Shown here piece by piece: positions 47,620 to 57,660 of a stretch of 64,000 bases of DNA. The notes under the pieces were generated by a model, which saw only the letters and a program-made list of their open reading frames with translations, searched no databases and had not been told where the DNA came from. The number at the start of each line of letters is the position of its first letter. Position 1 is the first letter of the stretch. The position numbers and the translations under genes were made by a program. The stretch lies in assembly GCA_035758845.1 (NCBI GenBank), contig DASTVZ010000224.1:151-64150 (forward strand), written 5' to 3'. This DNA comes from Vicinamibacterales bacterium. Lineage in GTDB: Bacteria > Acidobacteriota > Vicinamibacteria > Vicinamibacterales > 2-12-FULL-66-21.

Positions 47620-50019
47620 CTAACGCGTCGGGATCGCTCCGAATGTGACCGAATACGTACTTCCGCCGCGGAGCGCCACACGCGCGCTGCCGTCCGGCGC
47701 GCCGCGAAATATCGTTCCACCCCCCGTCACGAAGACCACGACGAACCCCTTAGGGGGACGGATCACCTGCTCACCGTCCGTATCGGGTTTTAGGCGCACC
47801 AGCCGCGGCCGTCCCGCTTGCCACGTGATGTCCACGCTGACCGCGCCGCGGGCGCGGAGGCCGGTGACCGATCCGGATGGCCAGGCAGACGGCAACGCGG
47901 GAAGAATCGCAATCTCGCCGGCGTGCGACTGGAGGAGCATTTCGGCGATGCCGGCCGTGCCGCCGAAGTTGCCATCAATCTGAAATGGCGGATGGCTGTC
48001 GAGCATGTTCGGCTGCGTCGAGTGCGCGAGCAGCGCGACGAAGTTCTCGTGCGCGCGATCCCCTTCCTCGAGTCGAGCCCAGAAATTGACGATCCATGCA
48101 CGGCTCCATCCGGTGCCACCGCCGCCGGCGGTGAGGCGACGTTCGAGCGTGACGCGCGCCGCGCGCGCGAGATCCGGTGTGCCGCGAAGCGTGATCTGGT
48201 TGCCGGGGTGGAGCGCGAACAAATGCGAAATGTGGCGGTGACCGGGATCGCGCTCGTCATAGTCCTCCAGCCATTCTTGCAGTTGTCCGTACTTCCCAAT
48301 CTTCAACGGCGGAAGCGTCCGCCGCGCCGTGGCGAGTTGATTCCTGAAGTCTGCGTCAACCCCGAGGATCTCGCTCGCCTGCATTGCCCGGCCAAACAGC
48401 GCATACGCAATCTCGGTATCCATGTAAGGGCCCATGGTGAGCGACGCTGATGTGCCATCAGGGAGCTTGTACTGATTCTCGGGAGAGATTGACGGCCCGG
48501 TGACGAGCCTCCCCTGCTGATCGGTGACCATGTAGTCGAGCAGGAACTCGCTCGCTTCTTTCAGCACGGGATACGCGCGCGTGCGCAGGAACTCGCGATC
48601 GTGGGTGAAGTCGTAGTGATCCCAGAAGTGCAAGGCGAGCCAGGCACCCCCGGCCGGCCAGATACCGGATCGCACGCCATCAATCGGACCGGCGTGCCCC
48701 CACGCGTCCGTGTTGTGATGAATCACGAAACCGCGGGCGCCATACATCGTCTTGGCGACGTGACGGCCGTCCTCGCGCGACTTGTCGACCAGGTCAAAGA
48801 GCGGGGCGTGCAGTTCGGAAAGGCTGGTGACCTCGGCCGGCCAGTAATTCATCTCAGTGTTGATGTTGACCGTGTATTTGCTGTCCCACGATGGCGCGAG
48901 CGAGTCATTCCAGATGCCCTGCAGGTTCGCGGGCAGCGTCCCGGGCCGGCTGCTTGAAATAAGCAGATATCTGCCGAAAACGAAGTAAAGGGCTTCGAGT
49001 GCCAGATCGGTGGCGCCCCCCCTCACGCGAGCGAGCCGTTCGTCGGTCGGCAATTCTGGTGCCGGCGCATCGAGACTCAGCCGCGTCCGTTTCGCGAAAC
49101 GCTGATAATCCGCGATGTGCGCGGGCCGCATTTCCTCGTAATAGTCTCGGCCGCTCGCCGCGTTCAGCGCTGCGCGCGCGGCCTGGGCCGGATCGCGCTC
49201 CTTCATCGTCGTCGCGGCCGCAATCAGCACCGTCGCCTTGTTCGCCCCCGTCACGGTCACCGATGCCCCGTCCACCCGTAGGTGCCCCGCCTCGGTCAGG
49301 ACACGTGCGATGCCGGCGAAGCGTACCCCCGCCTTCGGCTCGTCGGCGTGCCGCGCCGACGCGGGCAGCGCCTGGCCTTCGAGCACAATCGAGTTGTTTC
49401 CCTCGACGCGCGAGGTCGCGTCACGTTCGCGCGACATCGAAGCGGTGAACGAAATGGCGTTCGGTCGATCGGAGGTGAGCCGCACCGCGATGACTTGATC
49501 GACAGCCGTCGCCAACATTTCGCGTCGAAACGTCGTTGCACCGACGCGGAATCGGACACGTGCCACGGCTTCGTCGAGATCCAGTTCGCGCTGGTAGTCG
49601 GACGCTTCCCCGTCGAGCCGAAAACGGAGTCGCAAATCGCCGAGCGTCTCGTACGGCGGCATACGCCGCGGAACCGAGATGATCGTCTTGTCAGCAATGG
49701 CTTCCGCTTCCGCAGGCTTGCCCGCAAAAAGTAATCGCCGGATCTCGGGAAGCGATCCGGCCGCCTTCGGGTTGACGCGATCGAGCTTCTGGCCGGCCCA
49801 CACGGTCTCTTCATTCAACTGCAGTTGCTCGTCGGCAACGCCGCCAAACACCATCGCGCCGAGCCGACCATTTCCGATCGGCAAGGCTTCGTTCCAATTG
49901 GTTGCCGGAGCGCGGTACCACAGCACGTTGCGCGACGGTACCGGTACCTGCCCGAGCGTCGACGCACGAAAGCCGAAGGACAGTCCGATCACCAGCAACG
50001 CGGCCAGCGTCTTTTTCAT
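47620..50019 (-). CDS. glycoside hydrolase family 95 (alpha-L-fucosidase-like)
   Basis: Start ATG 50019 (MKKTLAALLVIGLSF). LWYRAPATNWNEALPIGNGRLGAMVFGG and QLNEETVWAG. Confidence 0.85.
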   Translation of the reverse strand: MKKTLAALLVIGLSFGFRASTLGQVPVPSRNVLWYRAPATNWNEALPIGNGRLGAMVFGGVADEQLQLNEETVWAGQKLDRVNPKAAGSLPEIRRLLFAGKPAEAEAIADKTIISVPRRMPPYETLGDLRLRFRLDGEASDYQRELDLDEAVARVRFRVGATTFRREMLATAVDQVIAVRLTSDRPNAISFTASMSRERDATSRVEGNNSIVLEGQALPASARHADEPKAGVRFAGIARVLTEAGHLRVDGASVTVTGANKATVLIAAATTMKERDPAQAARAALNAASGRDYYEEMRPAHIADYQRFAKRTRLSLDAPAPELPTDERLARVRGGATDLALEALYFVFGRYLLISSSRPGTLPANLQGIWNDSLAPSWDSKYTVNINTEMNYWPAEVTSLSELHAPLFDLVDKSREDGRHVAKTMYGARGFVIHHNTDAWGHAGPIDGVRSGIWPAGGAWLALHFWDHYDFTHDREFLRTRAYPVLKEASEFLLDYMVTDQQGRLVTGPSISPENQYKLPDGTSASLTMGPYMDTEIAYALFGRAMQASEILGVDADFRNQLATARRTLPPLKIGKYGQLQEWLEDYDERDPGHRHISHLFALHPGNQITLRGTPDLARAARVTLERRLTAGGGGTGWSRAWIVNFWARLEEGDRAHENFVALLAHSTQPNMLDSHPPFQIDGNFGGTAGIAEMLLQSHAGEIAILPALPSAWPSGSVTGLRARGAVSVDITWQAGRPRLVRLKPDTDGEQVIRPPKGFVVVFVTGGGTIFRGAPDGSARVALRGGSTYSVTFGAIPTR

Positions 50020-50023
50020 GAGC

Positions 50024-50965
50024 TCACCGTTTTCGGCGATCGTTTCGTGCCTTGGCACTCTTAGCACTCCTGGCACTCGGAGTCGGCACCCCAATTTCGT
50101 CGAGTACGCGGTCGTTGTCACGCCAGTTGGAATTGACCTTGACACGCAGATCGAGAAACACCTTCGTGTCAAAGAACGCTTCAAGATCACGGCGCGCCTC
50201 GGTTCCAATCTGCTTGATCATGTCACCGCCGCGCCCGATGACGATTCTCTTTTGTGATTCAGTTTCAACGAAGATCGTGCAGTACAACCGCAGCAGGCGA
50301 TCGCGCTCTTCCTCGTCGAACTCGTCGACCACGACCGCGGTTGAAAACGGAAGCTCTTCGCGCGTGTGCTGAAGCACTTTCTCGCGAACGGTTTCCGCCA
50401 CCAACACGCGTTCCGGTTGATCCGTCAGGTAGTCATCAGGATAGCCGGGCTCCCCTTCCGGCAACTGATCGAGAAGCACGCGCTCGAGGCGATCGACGCC
50501 GTCGCCGGTCGTCGCCGAAACCGGAACGATGGCGGCAAAGTCATGCCACTGCCGGGCCTGGTCGATCAGTGGAAGCAGACGCGCTTTCGCCACCCGATCG
50601 ATCTTGTTGAGGACGAGCACGGCGGGTGTTCGAAGGTCTTTCAGCAATGCGGACACGTATTCGTCCCCATGACCCGGCCTCGTCGAGGCGTCGAACACGA
50701 GCGCGATCACGTCAACCTCGCGCAGAGTGTCCACCGCCGAATCCACCATCCTGACATTCAAGCGGTGGAGCGGCCGATGAATCCCTGGGGTATCGACGAA
50801 GGCAATCTGCCCCTCGGGATAGTTCTTCACGCCGAGGATACGCGTTCGCGTGGTTTGAGGCTTGTCGGAAACGATCGCAATCTTCTCGCCGATGATCCGG
50901 TTGAGGAGGGTGGACTTTCCGGCGTTGGGACGGCCGACGAGCGATGCGTATCCCGCTTTCGGCAT
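50024..50965 (-). CDS. era: GTPase Era
   Basis: GRPNAGKSTLLN G1 motif, DTPG and NKID, plus a KH domain. Basic C-terminal tail. Confidence 0.95.
   Translation of the reverse strand: MPKAGYASLVGRPNAGKSTLLNRIIGEKIAIVSDKPQTTRTRILGVKNYPEGQIAFVDTPGIHRPLHRLNVRMVDSAVDTLREVDVIALVFDASTRPGHGDEYVSALLKDLRTPAVLVLNKIDRVAKARLLPLIDQARQWHDFAAIVPVSATTGDGVDRLERVLLDQLPEGEPGYPDDYLTDQPERVLVAETVREKVLQHTREELPFSTAVVVDEFDEEERDRLLRLYCTIFVETESQKRIVIGRGGDMIKQIGTEARRDLEAFFDTKVFLDLRVKVNSNWRDNDRVLDEIGVPTPSARSAKSAKARNDRRKR
50046..50089. repeat. 9-nt GGCACTCNN units (3-4 copies) encoding the Era C-terminal tail
   Basis: gtgccttggcactcttagcactcctggcactcggagtcggcacc. In frame it encodes SAR-SAK-SAK-AR. Confidence 0.6.
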
Positions 50966-50978
50966 GGAAGAGGCGTTC

Positions 50979-52247
50979 CTAGACTTCCGGTTGCGGTTGC
51001 GGCGCTAGTCGCATGCGCACCTTGTGGATGCGGCGCCGCTCGGCTTCAAGCACTTCGATCTGCAGACCGTCGCTTTCGAACGTCTCCCCGACCGCCGGTA
51101 CGCGACCGGCTCGGGTCAGCACGTACCCGCCGACTGTCTCGAACCCTTCCGGTTCGATTTCGATGCCGAGTCGATCCCGCACTTCGGCGATATTGACTTT
51201 CGCGCTGAACACGTACGATCCGCTTGCTTCCTCGATGACCGGCTCGGTCTCGACGTCGTATTCGTCGCGAATCTCGCCAACGATCTCCTCCAGCAGATCC
51301 TCGATGGTCACCAGCCCGGCGGTGCCGCCGTATTCGTCGACGACAATGGCGATCTGAACCTGCTGACGCTGGAACTCTTTCAGCATTTCGGCGACGCGCT
51401 TCGTCTCGGGAACGAACGTTGCCGGCCGGATGAATCGCGTGAGATGCAGAAGCGACGTCTGTCCCGACTCCGGTGGATCGAGCCGGAGCAAGTCTTTGAT
51501 GAAGACGAACCCGACGATGTTGTCAAGATTCTCGGTGTAGATGGGGATACGCGAGTACTCCTGCTCGCGAAAGAGCGCGCGGAGCTCGTCGAAGGTGGCC
51601 TCCGCCTGAATCGCCACCATGTCCGGGCGCGGGGTCATGACCTCGCGCACCAGTGTGTCGCCGAAATCCACGATCGATTGCAGCAGACGACGTTCGTCCA
51701 CTTCGATGATGCCCTGTCTCTCAGCCGTCTCGTTCGGCGGCGCCTCTCCTGGCTGATTCTCGACCGGTTCGCCGTCGCCGTTGCTCGGCTCGGCGCGTTC
51801 ACGCTCACGCCGCGGGACCGCGGCTATGAGCCGCACGAGGCCACCGGTCAACGGGTGAAGAAACCTGGCGACGACGTCGAACGGCGGCAACAGCACTTCA
51901 AGCACTCGCTCGGGGTTTCGCCGCACGATTAACAGCGGCAGAACGTGCTCGAACACGAGAATGAAGATCGCAACGAACACGAGCAGCATCCCAATCGACT
52001 GGAACCCCGTGCGTCCCGTCAGGATCGCGATGAACATCGTCGCCAGCGAGAAGATCAGGCCGAGCAGAAGTCGCGCAGGAATGAAGAGCTGCGTGGGATC
52101 CTCGAGATAGAAGCCGAGACGGTCGTCCCGTCCTCCGCGTTCGGCCATCAGCCGCAGTGAGAGGCGCATCAACGCGGTGAACGCTGTTTCAATCGTGCCG
52201 ACGTACACCGCGGCAATCGCGAGCAGAAAGAGCAGCAGCGGAATCAT
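50979..52247 (-). CDS. hemolysin-family / CorC-like protein (DUF21-CBS-CorC_HlyC)
   Basis: N-terminal TM domain, a CBS pair and a C-terminal CorC/HlyC domain. Conserved position next to ybeY. Confidence 0.9.
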   Translation of the reverse strand: MIPLLLFLLAIAAVYVGTIETAFTALMRLSLRLMAERGGRDDRLGFYLEDPTQLFIPARLLLGLIFSLATMFIAILTGRTGFQSIGMLLVFVAIFILVFEHVLPLLIVRRNPERVLEVLLPPFDVVARFLHPLTGGLVRLIAAVPRRERERAEPSNGDGEPVENQPGEAPPNETAERQGIIEVDERRLLQSIVDFGDTLVREVMTPRPDMVAIQAEATFDELRALFREQEYSRIPIYTENLDNIVGFVFIKDLLRLDPPESGQTSLLHLTRFIRPATFVPETKRVAEMLKEFQRQQVQIAIVVDEYGGTAGLVTIEDLLEEIVGEIRDEYDVETEPVIEEASGSYVFSAKVNIAEVRDRLGIEIEPEGFETVGGYVLTRAGRVPAVGETFESDGLQIEVLEAERRRIHKVRMRLAPQPQPEV

Positions 52248-52771
52248 GATCGCTCGATCAATCCCGCACGAAGGCCGCCGCGGCGGCGGAGTCGTGTTTC
52301 GACGCGGCGCATGCGCCCGGCGTCCTCCTGATTGTGGTGATCGTACCCGAGCAGGTGCAGCAAGCCATGAAGCGCAAGCACGCGCAACTCGGCCTGGTAC
52401 GAGTGGCCGGCGTCCCTCGCCTGCTTCCTGGCAGTGCCGGTGGCAATGACGATATCGCCAAGGAAACCTGTCGGGATCCGTTGTCCGGGATCCGGGATCC
52501 GGGATCCGGGATCAACCGGAAACGATAAGACGTCGGTCGGCCGATTTTTCCGGCGGTACTGTGAATTGAGTGTCTGGCTGTGGGCATCGGTGACGAGCGC
52601 GATCGCTACCTCGCCGCGTGCGACAGATGGCGCGATCGAGGCGAGCCACTGCGAGAGCCCGCCGTCGCGGACCGATCGTCCGCGACCGTCAGTCACGCTG
52701 ACATGCAAGCGTCGACCGCGCCGGTTCTCGGCGCCACCCGGCTGGCGCCGGACTTTACTGTCGGGATCCAC
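52244..52771 (-). CDS. ybeY: rRNA maturation endoribonuclease YbeY
   Basis: [11 protein letters not shown] zinc motif and DVLSFP. GTG 52771 is the first start after the phoH region and overlaps phoH by 17 nt. Confidence 0.85.
   Translation of the reverse strand: MDPDSKVRRQPGGAENRRGRRLHVSVTDGRGRSVRDGGLSQWLASIAPSVARGEVAIALVTDAHSQTLNSQYRRKNRPTDVLSFPVDPGSRIPDPGQRIPTGFLGDIVIATGTARKQARDAGHSYQAELRVLALHGLLHLLGYDHHNQEDAGRMRRVETRLRRRGGLRAGLIERS
52471..52512. repeat. CCGGGAT heptads inside the ybeY CDS: 4 perfect tandem copies (52485-52512) plus 2 degenerate units
   Basis: tcgggatccgttgtccgggatccgggatccgggatccgggat. Contains four GGATCC cores. 42 nt equals 14 codons. Confidence 0.9.
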
Positions 52772-53708
52772 CGTAGGCTTCGTACGCCTTGACGATCTGC
52801 TGCACGAGCGGGTGCCGCACCACGTCCTTTTCATCGAAATGAATGAACGCGATGCCCTCGACGTTGCCAACCACCTTCATGGCCTCGACGAGGCCCGACT
52901 GGCGTGCCGTCGGCAGATCGATCTGCGTGACGTCTCCAGTGATGACGGCTTTTGACCCGAACCCGAGGCGCGTCAGAAACATCTTCATCTGTTCCGAGGT
53001 GGTATTCTGCGCTTCGTCCAGAATCACGAACGCATCGTTCAGCGTGCGCCCGCGCATGAACGCGATCGGCGCCACTTCGATCGTTCCACGCTCCAGCAGC
53101 CGATCCGCGCGCTCGATTTCCATCATGTCGTACAACGCATCGTAGAGCGGACGCAGGTACGGATTCACTTTCTCCTGCAAATCGCCTGGCAGGAAGCCGA
53201 GCTTCTCGCCCGCTTCAACCGCCGGACGCGCCAGGATGATCCGGCTCACGCGCTTCGACAAGAGAAAGGAGACGGCCTGCGCCATCGCCAGGTATGTCTT
53301 CCCGGTGCCGGCCGGCCCGATGCCGAATACGATGTCCCGCTGCTCGATGGCCTCGAGGTAGCGTCGCTGATTGACGCTCTTGGCCATGACCTGCCGTTTA
53401 CCGGTCGCGCGGGGCGCACCGCGGAGGAAGTAGTCCGCAAGCTCGACGCGTTCGTCCTGCTCGACGAGCTGCGCGGCCGTCTTCACGTCGCCCTTGGCGA
53501 GCCGGTACCCCCCTCGGATCAACGACGACAGCTGTTCCAGCAGGTTTTCCGTTCGCGCGACGTCGGACGCCTCACCCTCGACGATCACTTCGTGGCCGTT
53601 CGTACGAATCTTCACATTGAACAGCGACTCAAGATGTTTGAGGTTCTCGTCGTAGGGGCCGTACAGGGACTCGGCCCCGTCATCAGGGACCGAAATTTTG
53701 CGCATCAC
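52755..53708 (-). CDS. phoH: PhoH family ATPase
   Basis: [13 protein letters not shown] Walker A and ILDEAQNTT. Confidence 0.95.
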   Translation of the reverse strand: MMRKISVPDDGAESLYGPYDENLKHLESLFNVKIRTNGHEVIVEGEASDVARTENLLEQLSSLIRGGYRLAKGDVKTAAQLVEQDERVELADYFLRGAPRATGKRQVMAKSVNQRRYLEAIEQRDIVFGIGPAGTGKTYLAMAQAVSFLLSKRVSRIILARPAVEAGEKLGFLPGDLQEKVNPYLRPLYDALYDMMEIERADRLLERGTIEVAPIAFMRGRTLNDAFVILDEAQNTTSEQMKMFLTRLGFGSKAVITGDVTQIDLPTARQSGLVEAMKVVGNVEGIAFIHFDEKDVVRHPLVQQIVKAYEAYGGSRQ

Positions 53709-53783
53709 CGTGGCAGGAGGGATGGGGTTCTCCTTCGAAACACGCAGTCAGTAACCAGGATCGTATCACGGGTGCCGGATGAG

Positions 53784-53815
53784 TTGGCTCGCGGCTCTGC
53801 CCAGCAGCCAGCAGC
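53784..53815. repeat. GGCTNNN / CCAGCAG heptad inverted pair
   Basis: ttggctcgcggctctgcccagcagccagcagc ends 4 nt before the aspS stop codon. Confidence 0.5.
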
Positions 53816-53819
53816 TTAC

Positions 53820-55589
53820 TCACTTTAGCCTCAGTTCTTTCAACTGCTTGTCACTGACGGGCGAAGGCGCTCCGGCCATCAGATCCACTGCCTGAGCGGT
53901 TTTTGGAAACGCGATCACATCGCGGATTGATGGCTCGCCACACAGGATCGCCACAATCCGGTCGAGGCCGAGCGCAATTCCGCCGTGCGGCGGCGTGCCG
54001 TACTCGAGCGCATCAAGAAAGAATCCAAAGCGAAGCTTCGCTTCCTCTTCCGAGATCCCGAGCAGTCTGAAAATGAGACGCTGCAGCGTCCGATCGTGGA
54101 TTCTGATACTGCCCCCGCCGATCTCGCTGCCGTTCAGCACGAGGTCATAGGCGCGTGCGCGCGCGCGTCCCTGATCCGTGTCGAGCAGCTGCCGGTCGCT
54201 CTCGAGCGGCGCCGTGAACGGATGGTGCATGAACTCGTAGCGCTTCTCGTCTTCGAGCCACTCGAACATCGGAAAGTCGACCACCCACAGGAATGCGAAT
54301 GCGTCCGGGTCGAGCAGACCTTCCTTCTTTGCCATCTGCAGTCGAAGCTGCCCAAGCATCCTCGACGTGGCTTCGTGTGGACCCGCCGCGATCAGCAGCA
54401 GATCGCCAGCGGCGGCGCCAGCAAGATCCAGCGCCTGGCGAATCGCATCTTCACCGGCGGCTTTCAACGCAGAGCTTTGCACTCCTGCGTCCGCACGCCG
54501 CGCCCACACGAGGCCGCTGGCACCGAGCTGCTTCGCCTGGTCGACCACCTCATCGAGCTCGCGACGGGAATATTTCCCCGCGGCCGGCATCGCAAAGCCA
54601 CGAACCTCGCCTCCGCTCGACATCGCACTGCGAGCAATGGCGAACTCGGAGGTCGCGAATGCGGCCGACAGATTCTTGATTTCCATCGCGCATCGAAGGT
54701 CCGGCTTATCCGACCCGTACTTCGCAATTGCCTCGGCATACGGCAAACGCAAGAAAGGTCGCGGCGCTCCTTTTCCAATCAGCGCCATCAGGTGCTCCAT
54801 CAACGGTTCGAGCGTGGCGAAGACGAGTTCTTCGGTCGCGAACGAGATCTCGAGATCGACTTGGGTGAACTCCGGCTGCCGATCGGCGCGGAGGTCCTCG
54901 TCGCGGAAACACTTGACGATCTGAAAATACCGATCGAGCCCGGAAATCATCAGGATTTGCTTGAAGATCTGCGGCGATTGCGGCAGGGCGTAGAACTCAC
55001 CGGGATGCACGCGGCTCGGCACCAGGTAGTCGCGCGCCCCCTCGGGCGTCGACTTGGTGAGCATTGGCGTCTCGATCTCGAGAAAGCCGAGTTCATCGAA
55101 ATATTTTCGGATCGCCATCGTCGCGCGGTGGCGCATGATCAGGTTGCGCTGCATCCGCGGCCGCCGCAGATCGATGTACCGGGATTTCAGCCGTGCCTCT
55201 TCCGTGATCTCGACGTCGTCGCTCACCATGAACGGCGGCGTTTTCGCTTCGTTGAGCAAGCGGATTTCGCTGGCTGCGACCTCGATCTGACCGGTCGCAA
55301 TCTTGGTGTTCACCGTCTCCGGGGCACGATCCTCGACCGTCCCCGTCACGGCGATCACAGACTCCGCGCGCAGGCGCTTCGCATCAGCCACCAGCGTGTC
55401 GTTGTCGCGGACGATCACCTGCGTGACCCCGTAGCGATCCCGGATGTCGATGAACACGAGCGATCCCAGGTCTCTGACGCGGTGGACCCAGCCAAGCAGG
55501 ACGACATCTGTGCCGACATCCTCGACGCGAAGGGCACCGCACGTGTGTGTTCTCGCCAACTTCCCTAACGGTTCAATTTGCATGGCCAA
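53820..55589 (-). CDS. aspS: aspartate--tRNA ligase
   Basis: GWVHRVRDLGSLVFIDIRD OB fold, FRDEDLRADRQPEFTQ motif 2 and GGIALGLDR motif 3. Confidence 0.95.
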   Translation of the reverse strand: MAMQIEPLGKLARTHTCGALRVEDVGTDVVLLGWVHRVRDLGSLVFIDIRDRYGVTQVIVRDNDTLVADAKRLRAESVIAVTGTVEDRAPETVNTKIATGQIEVAASEIRLLNEAKTPPFMVSDDVEITEEARLKSRYIDLRRPRMQRNLIMRHRATMAIRKYFDELGFLEIETPMLTKSTPEGARDYLVPSRVHPGEFYALPQSPQIFKQILMISGLDRYFQIVKCFRDEDLRADRQPEFTQVDLEISFATEELVFATLEPLMEHLMALIGKGAPRPFLRLPYAEAIAKYGSDKPDLRCAMEIKNLSAAFATSEFAIARSAMSSGGEVRGFAMPAAGKYSRRELDEVVDQAKQLGASGLVWARRADAGVQSSALKAAGEDAIRQALDLAGAAAGDLLLIAAGPHEATSRMLGQLRLQMAKKEGLLDPDAFAFLWVVDFPMFEWLEDEKRYEFMHHPFTAPLESDRQLLDTDQGRARARAYDLVLNGSEIGGGSIRIHDRTLQRLIFRLLGISEEEAKLRFGFFLDALEYGTPPHGGIALGLDRIVAILCGEPSIRDVIAFPKTAQAVDLMAGAPSPVSDKQLKELRLK

Positions 55590-55763
55590 GACAGTCTCTA
55601 CCTTAGAAGCGCTCTCGCATCGTGGTCAACATCAACCGCTTCACTGTCAAACTGCATTCATGTCTTAAGAGAACGACAGGAGAAAGGAGAAAAGAAAAAA
55701 GACTCTTGTGATCCGATCGCAGTGTGACCGTGGAGTGCGCTGATTGAACCGTCACGCTCAACA

Positions 55764-57065
55764 TTACTGTGATGCCTTCACCAGGTCAGCGACTGCTGCC
55801 CTCGGGACCGATTGCTGAACACCGGTTTCAAGATTCTTGATCGTCACTTCTCCGCGGCCGATTTCGTCGCCGCCGAGTATCGCCGCGAAGCGAATCTTTC
55901 TGGTCGCCGCGTACTTCATCTGCTTCCCTAGCTTGTCGGCCTCGGGATACATCTCGACGCGAATCCCGCTGGCCCGCAATTCCGCGGCCAGCTTCAACGC
56001 CTCAGGAATCGTCGACTGGTCGAACAGCGTCAGCAAAACATCGGCCGACGCCTGCTCCACCTGCAGCGGAAACATCTTGCGCTCGGTCATGACAACCAGG
56101 ATGCGTTCGAGCCCGAGCGAGAATCCGCATGCCGGCACATCTTCGCCGAGAAACATGCCGATCAATCCGTCGTACCGCCCTCCGCCACCGAGGCTGCCGG
56201 CCAGGTCCGGGACGGTGACTTCCATGATGGCGCCGGTGTAATACGAAAGTCCGCGGGCAAGAAATGGTGCCGGCTTCACATGAGGCGCGGCGGCAGTCCC
56301 CTGGCAAAGGTCGATGATCTCGCGCAGGTTTTGCACAGCAGCGGACCCCTGTTCATCCGAAAACGAACCGAACTCGCCCGAGTGTGCGTTATCGAGCACG
56401 GCCTTCGCCGCGTCGGGCGGGACGTGTCGCGAAACCATCTCCTTGAGCACGCCATCGACGCCAATCTTGTCCAGCTTGTCGAGCGCGACAAGTGCCGCGG
56501 TGTGGAGCGCGGGTTCAACCCCCGCCCGGTTCAGTGTGGCGGTGAGCAACTGGCGGTGGTTCAACTGGATCGCGAAGTCATCGAACCCAAGACGCGTGAG
56601 CACATCGCTGACCGCCGCAAGCATCTCGGTCTCGACCACGGGCGACCGGGATCCAATCGCATCGACGTCGCATTGAAAAAACTCGCGGAACCGTCCCCGG
56701 GCCGGACGATCCGCGCGCCACACTGGCTGAATCTGATATCGCTTGAAAAACTTCGGCAACTGGCCGCGGTACTCGGCCACGACGCGAGCCAAGGGCACGG
56801 TGAGGTCGTAGCGCAACGCCAGATCGGTTTCACCCGACGATTCATGCTCGCCGCGGCGCAGCACCTTGAAGATCAGCTTGTTGCCCTCTTCGCCGTACTT
56901 CCCCATCAACGTGTCGATGTTCTCGAGCGATGGAGTTTCGAGCGGCTCGAATCCGTAGCGCTGGTAGACGTCGGATACGATTCCGATGACGTAGGCGCGA
57001 CGGCGGACGTCTTCAGGCAGGAAATCGCGCATGCCGCGCGCCGGGCGGGTCTGCTGCGATGGCAT
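55764..57065 (-). CDS. hisS: histidine--tRNA ligase
   Basis: GMRDFLPED, FRYERPQ-like WRADRPARGRFREFFQCD, and GGGRYDGL. Confidence 0.95.
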   Translation of the reverse strand: MPSQQTRPARGMRDFLPEDVRRRAYVIGIVSDVYQRYGFEPLETPSLENIDTLMGKYGEEGNKLIFKVLRRGEHESSGETDLALRYDLTVPLARVVAEYRGQLPKFFKRYQIQPVWRADRPARGRFREFFQCDVDAIGSRSPVVETEMLAAVSDVLTRLGFDDFAIQLNHRQLLTATLNRAGVEPALHTAALVALDKLDKIGVDGVLKEMVSRHVPPDAAKAVLDNAHSGEFGSFSDEQGSAAVQNLREIIDLCQGTAAAPHVKPAPFLARGLSYYTGAIMEVTVPDLAGSLGGGGRYDGLIGMFLGEDVPACGFSLGLERILVVMTERKMFPLQVEQASADVLLTLFDQSTIPEALKLAAELRASGIRVEMYPEADKLGKQMKYAATRKIRFAAILGGDEIGRGEVTIKNLETGVQQSVPRAAVADLVKASQ

Positions 57066-57595
57066 CAGCGCACGGATCCCGCGCCGGCGGCATTCATATA
57101 ATCGAGTCGATATCCGACATAACGCTCGGCGTAGGTGCGAATGCTCGCAACGTCCTCGTCGGTCAACTCGCGCCGCACCTTCCCCGGCGACCCCATCACC
57201 AGCGACCGCGGCGGCACACGAGTCCCCTCCGCCAGCAACGCCCCGGCCGCGACGATGGAGTCCGCTCCAACGACAACGCCGTTCAAAAGAATCGCGCCCA
57301 TCCCGACCAGGATCCGATCCTGCAGCGTGCAGCCGTGCACGATTGCCCCGTGTCCAATCGTCACATCGTCGCCAATTGTGGTGGGATGCGTTCCGATCAT
57401 GACGTGCACGATCGTGCCGTCCTGGACGTTCGAGCGCGCGCCGATGCGAATCCAGTTCACGTCGCCGCGCACGACGGCATTCATCCAGATGCTGCTGGCC
57501 TCACCAATCTCGACATCACCGATCACTTGTGCGCTGCTGTCGACGTACGCCGTCGCGTGCACCCTCGGGGTGATGCCTTTGTAGGGGCGAAGCAT
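57065..57595 (-). CDS. gamma carbonic anhydrase family / hexapeptide-repeat protein
   Basis: Left-handed beta-helix hexapeptide repeats with a YrdA/PaaY-like layout. Confidence 0.85.
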   Translation of the reverse strand: MLRPYKGITPRVHATAYVDSSAQVIGDVEIGEASSIWMNAVVRGDVNWIRIGARSNVQDGTIVHVMIGTHPTTIGDDVTIGHGAIVHGCTLQDRILVGMGAILLNGVVVGADSIVAAGALLAEGTRVPPRSLVMGSPGKVRRELTDEDVASIRTYAERYVGYRLDYMNAAGAGSVR

Positions 57596-57610
57596 CTAAC
57601 AATGATACTT

Positions 57611-57660
57611 CGCGATTCGCGCGTTAGCGATTCGCGCGTTAGCGATTCGCGCGAATCGCG
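57611..57660. repeat. 15-nt unit cgattcgcgcgttag x2 running into an 18-bp perfect palindrome gcgattcgcgcgaatcgc
   Basis: Units at 57613-57627 and 57628-57642. Palindrome at 57642-57659. Confidence 0.85.

Noticed and set aside
55590-55763. A polypurine/polypyrimidine tract (gacaggagaaaggagaaaagaaaaaagactc) and weak TTGACC-N18-TAAGGT motifs between hisS and aspS, considered as a terminator plus promoter.
   Set aside because: Only a 5-bp stem precedes the T-run, and the promoter match is weak. This is not enough evidence to call either feature.
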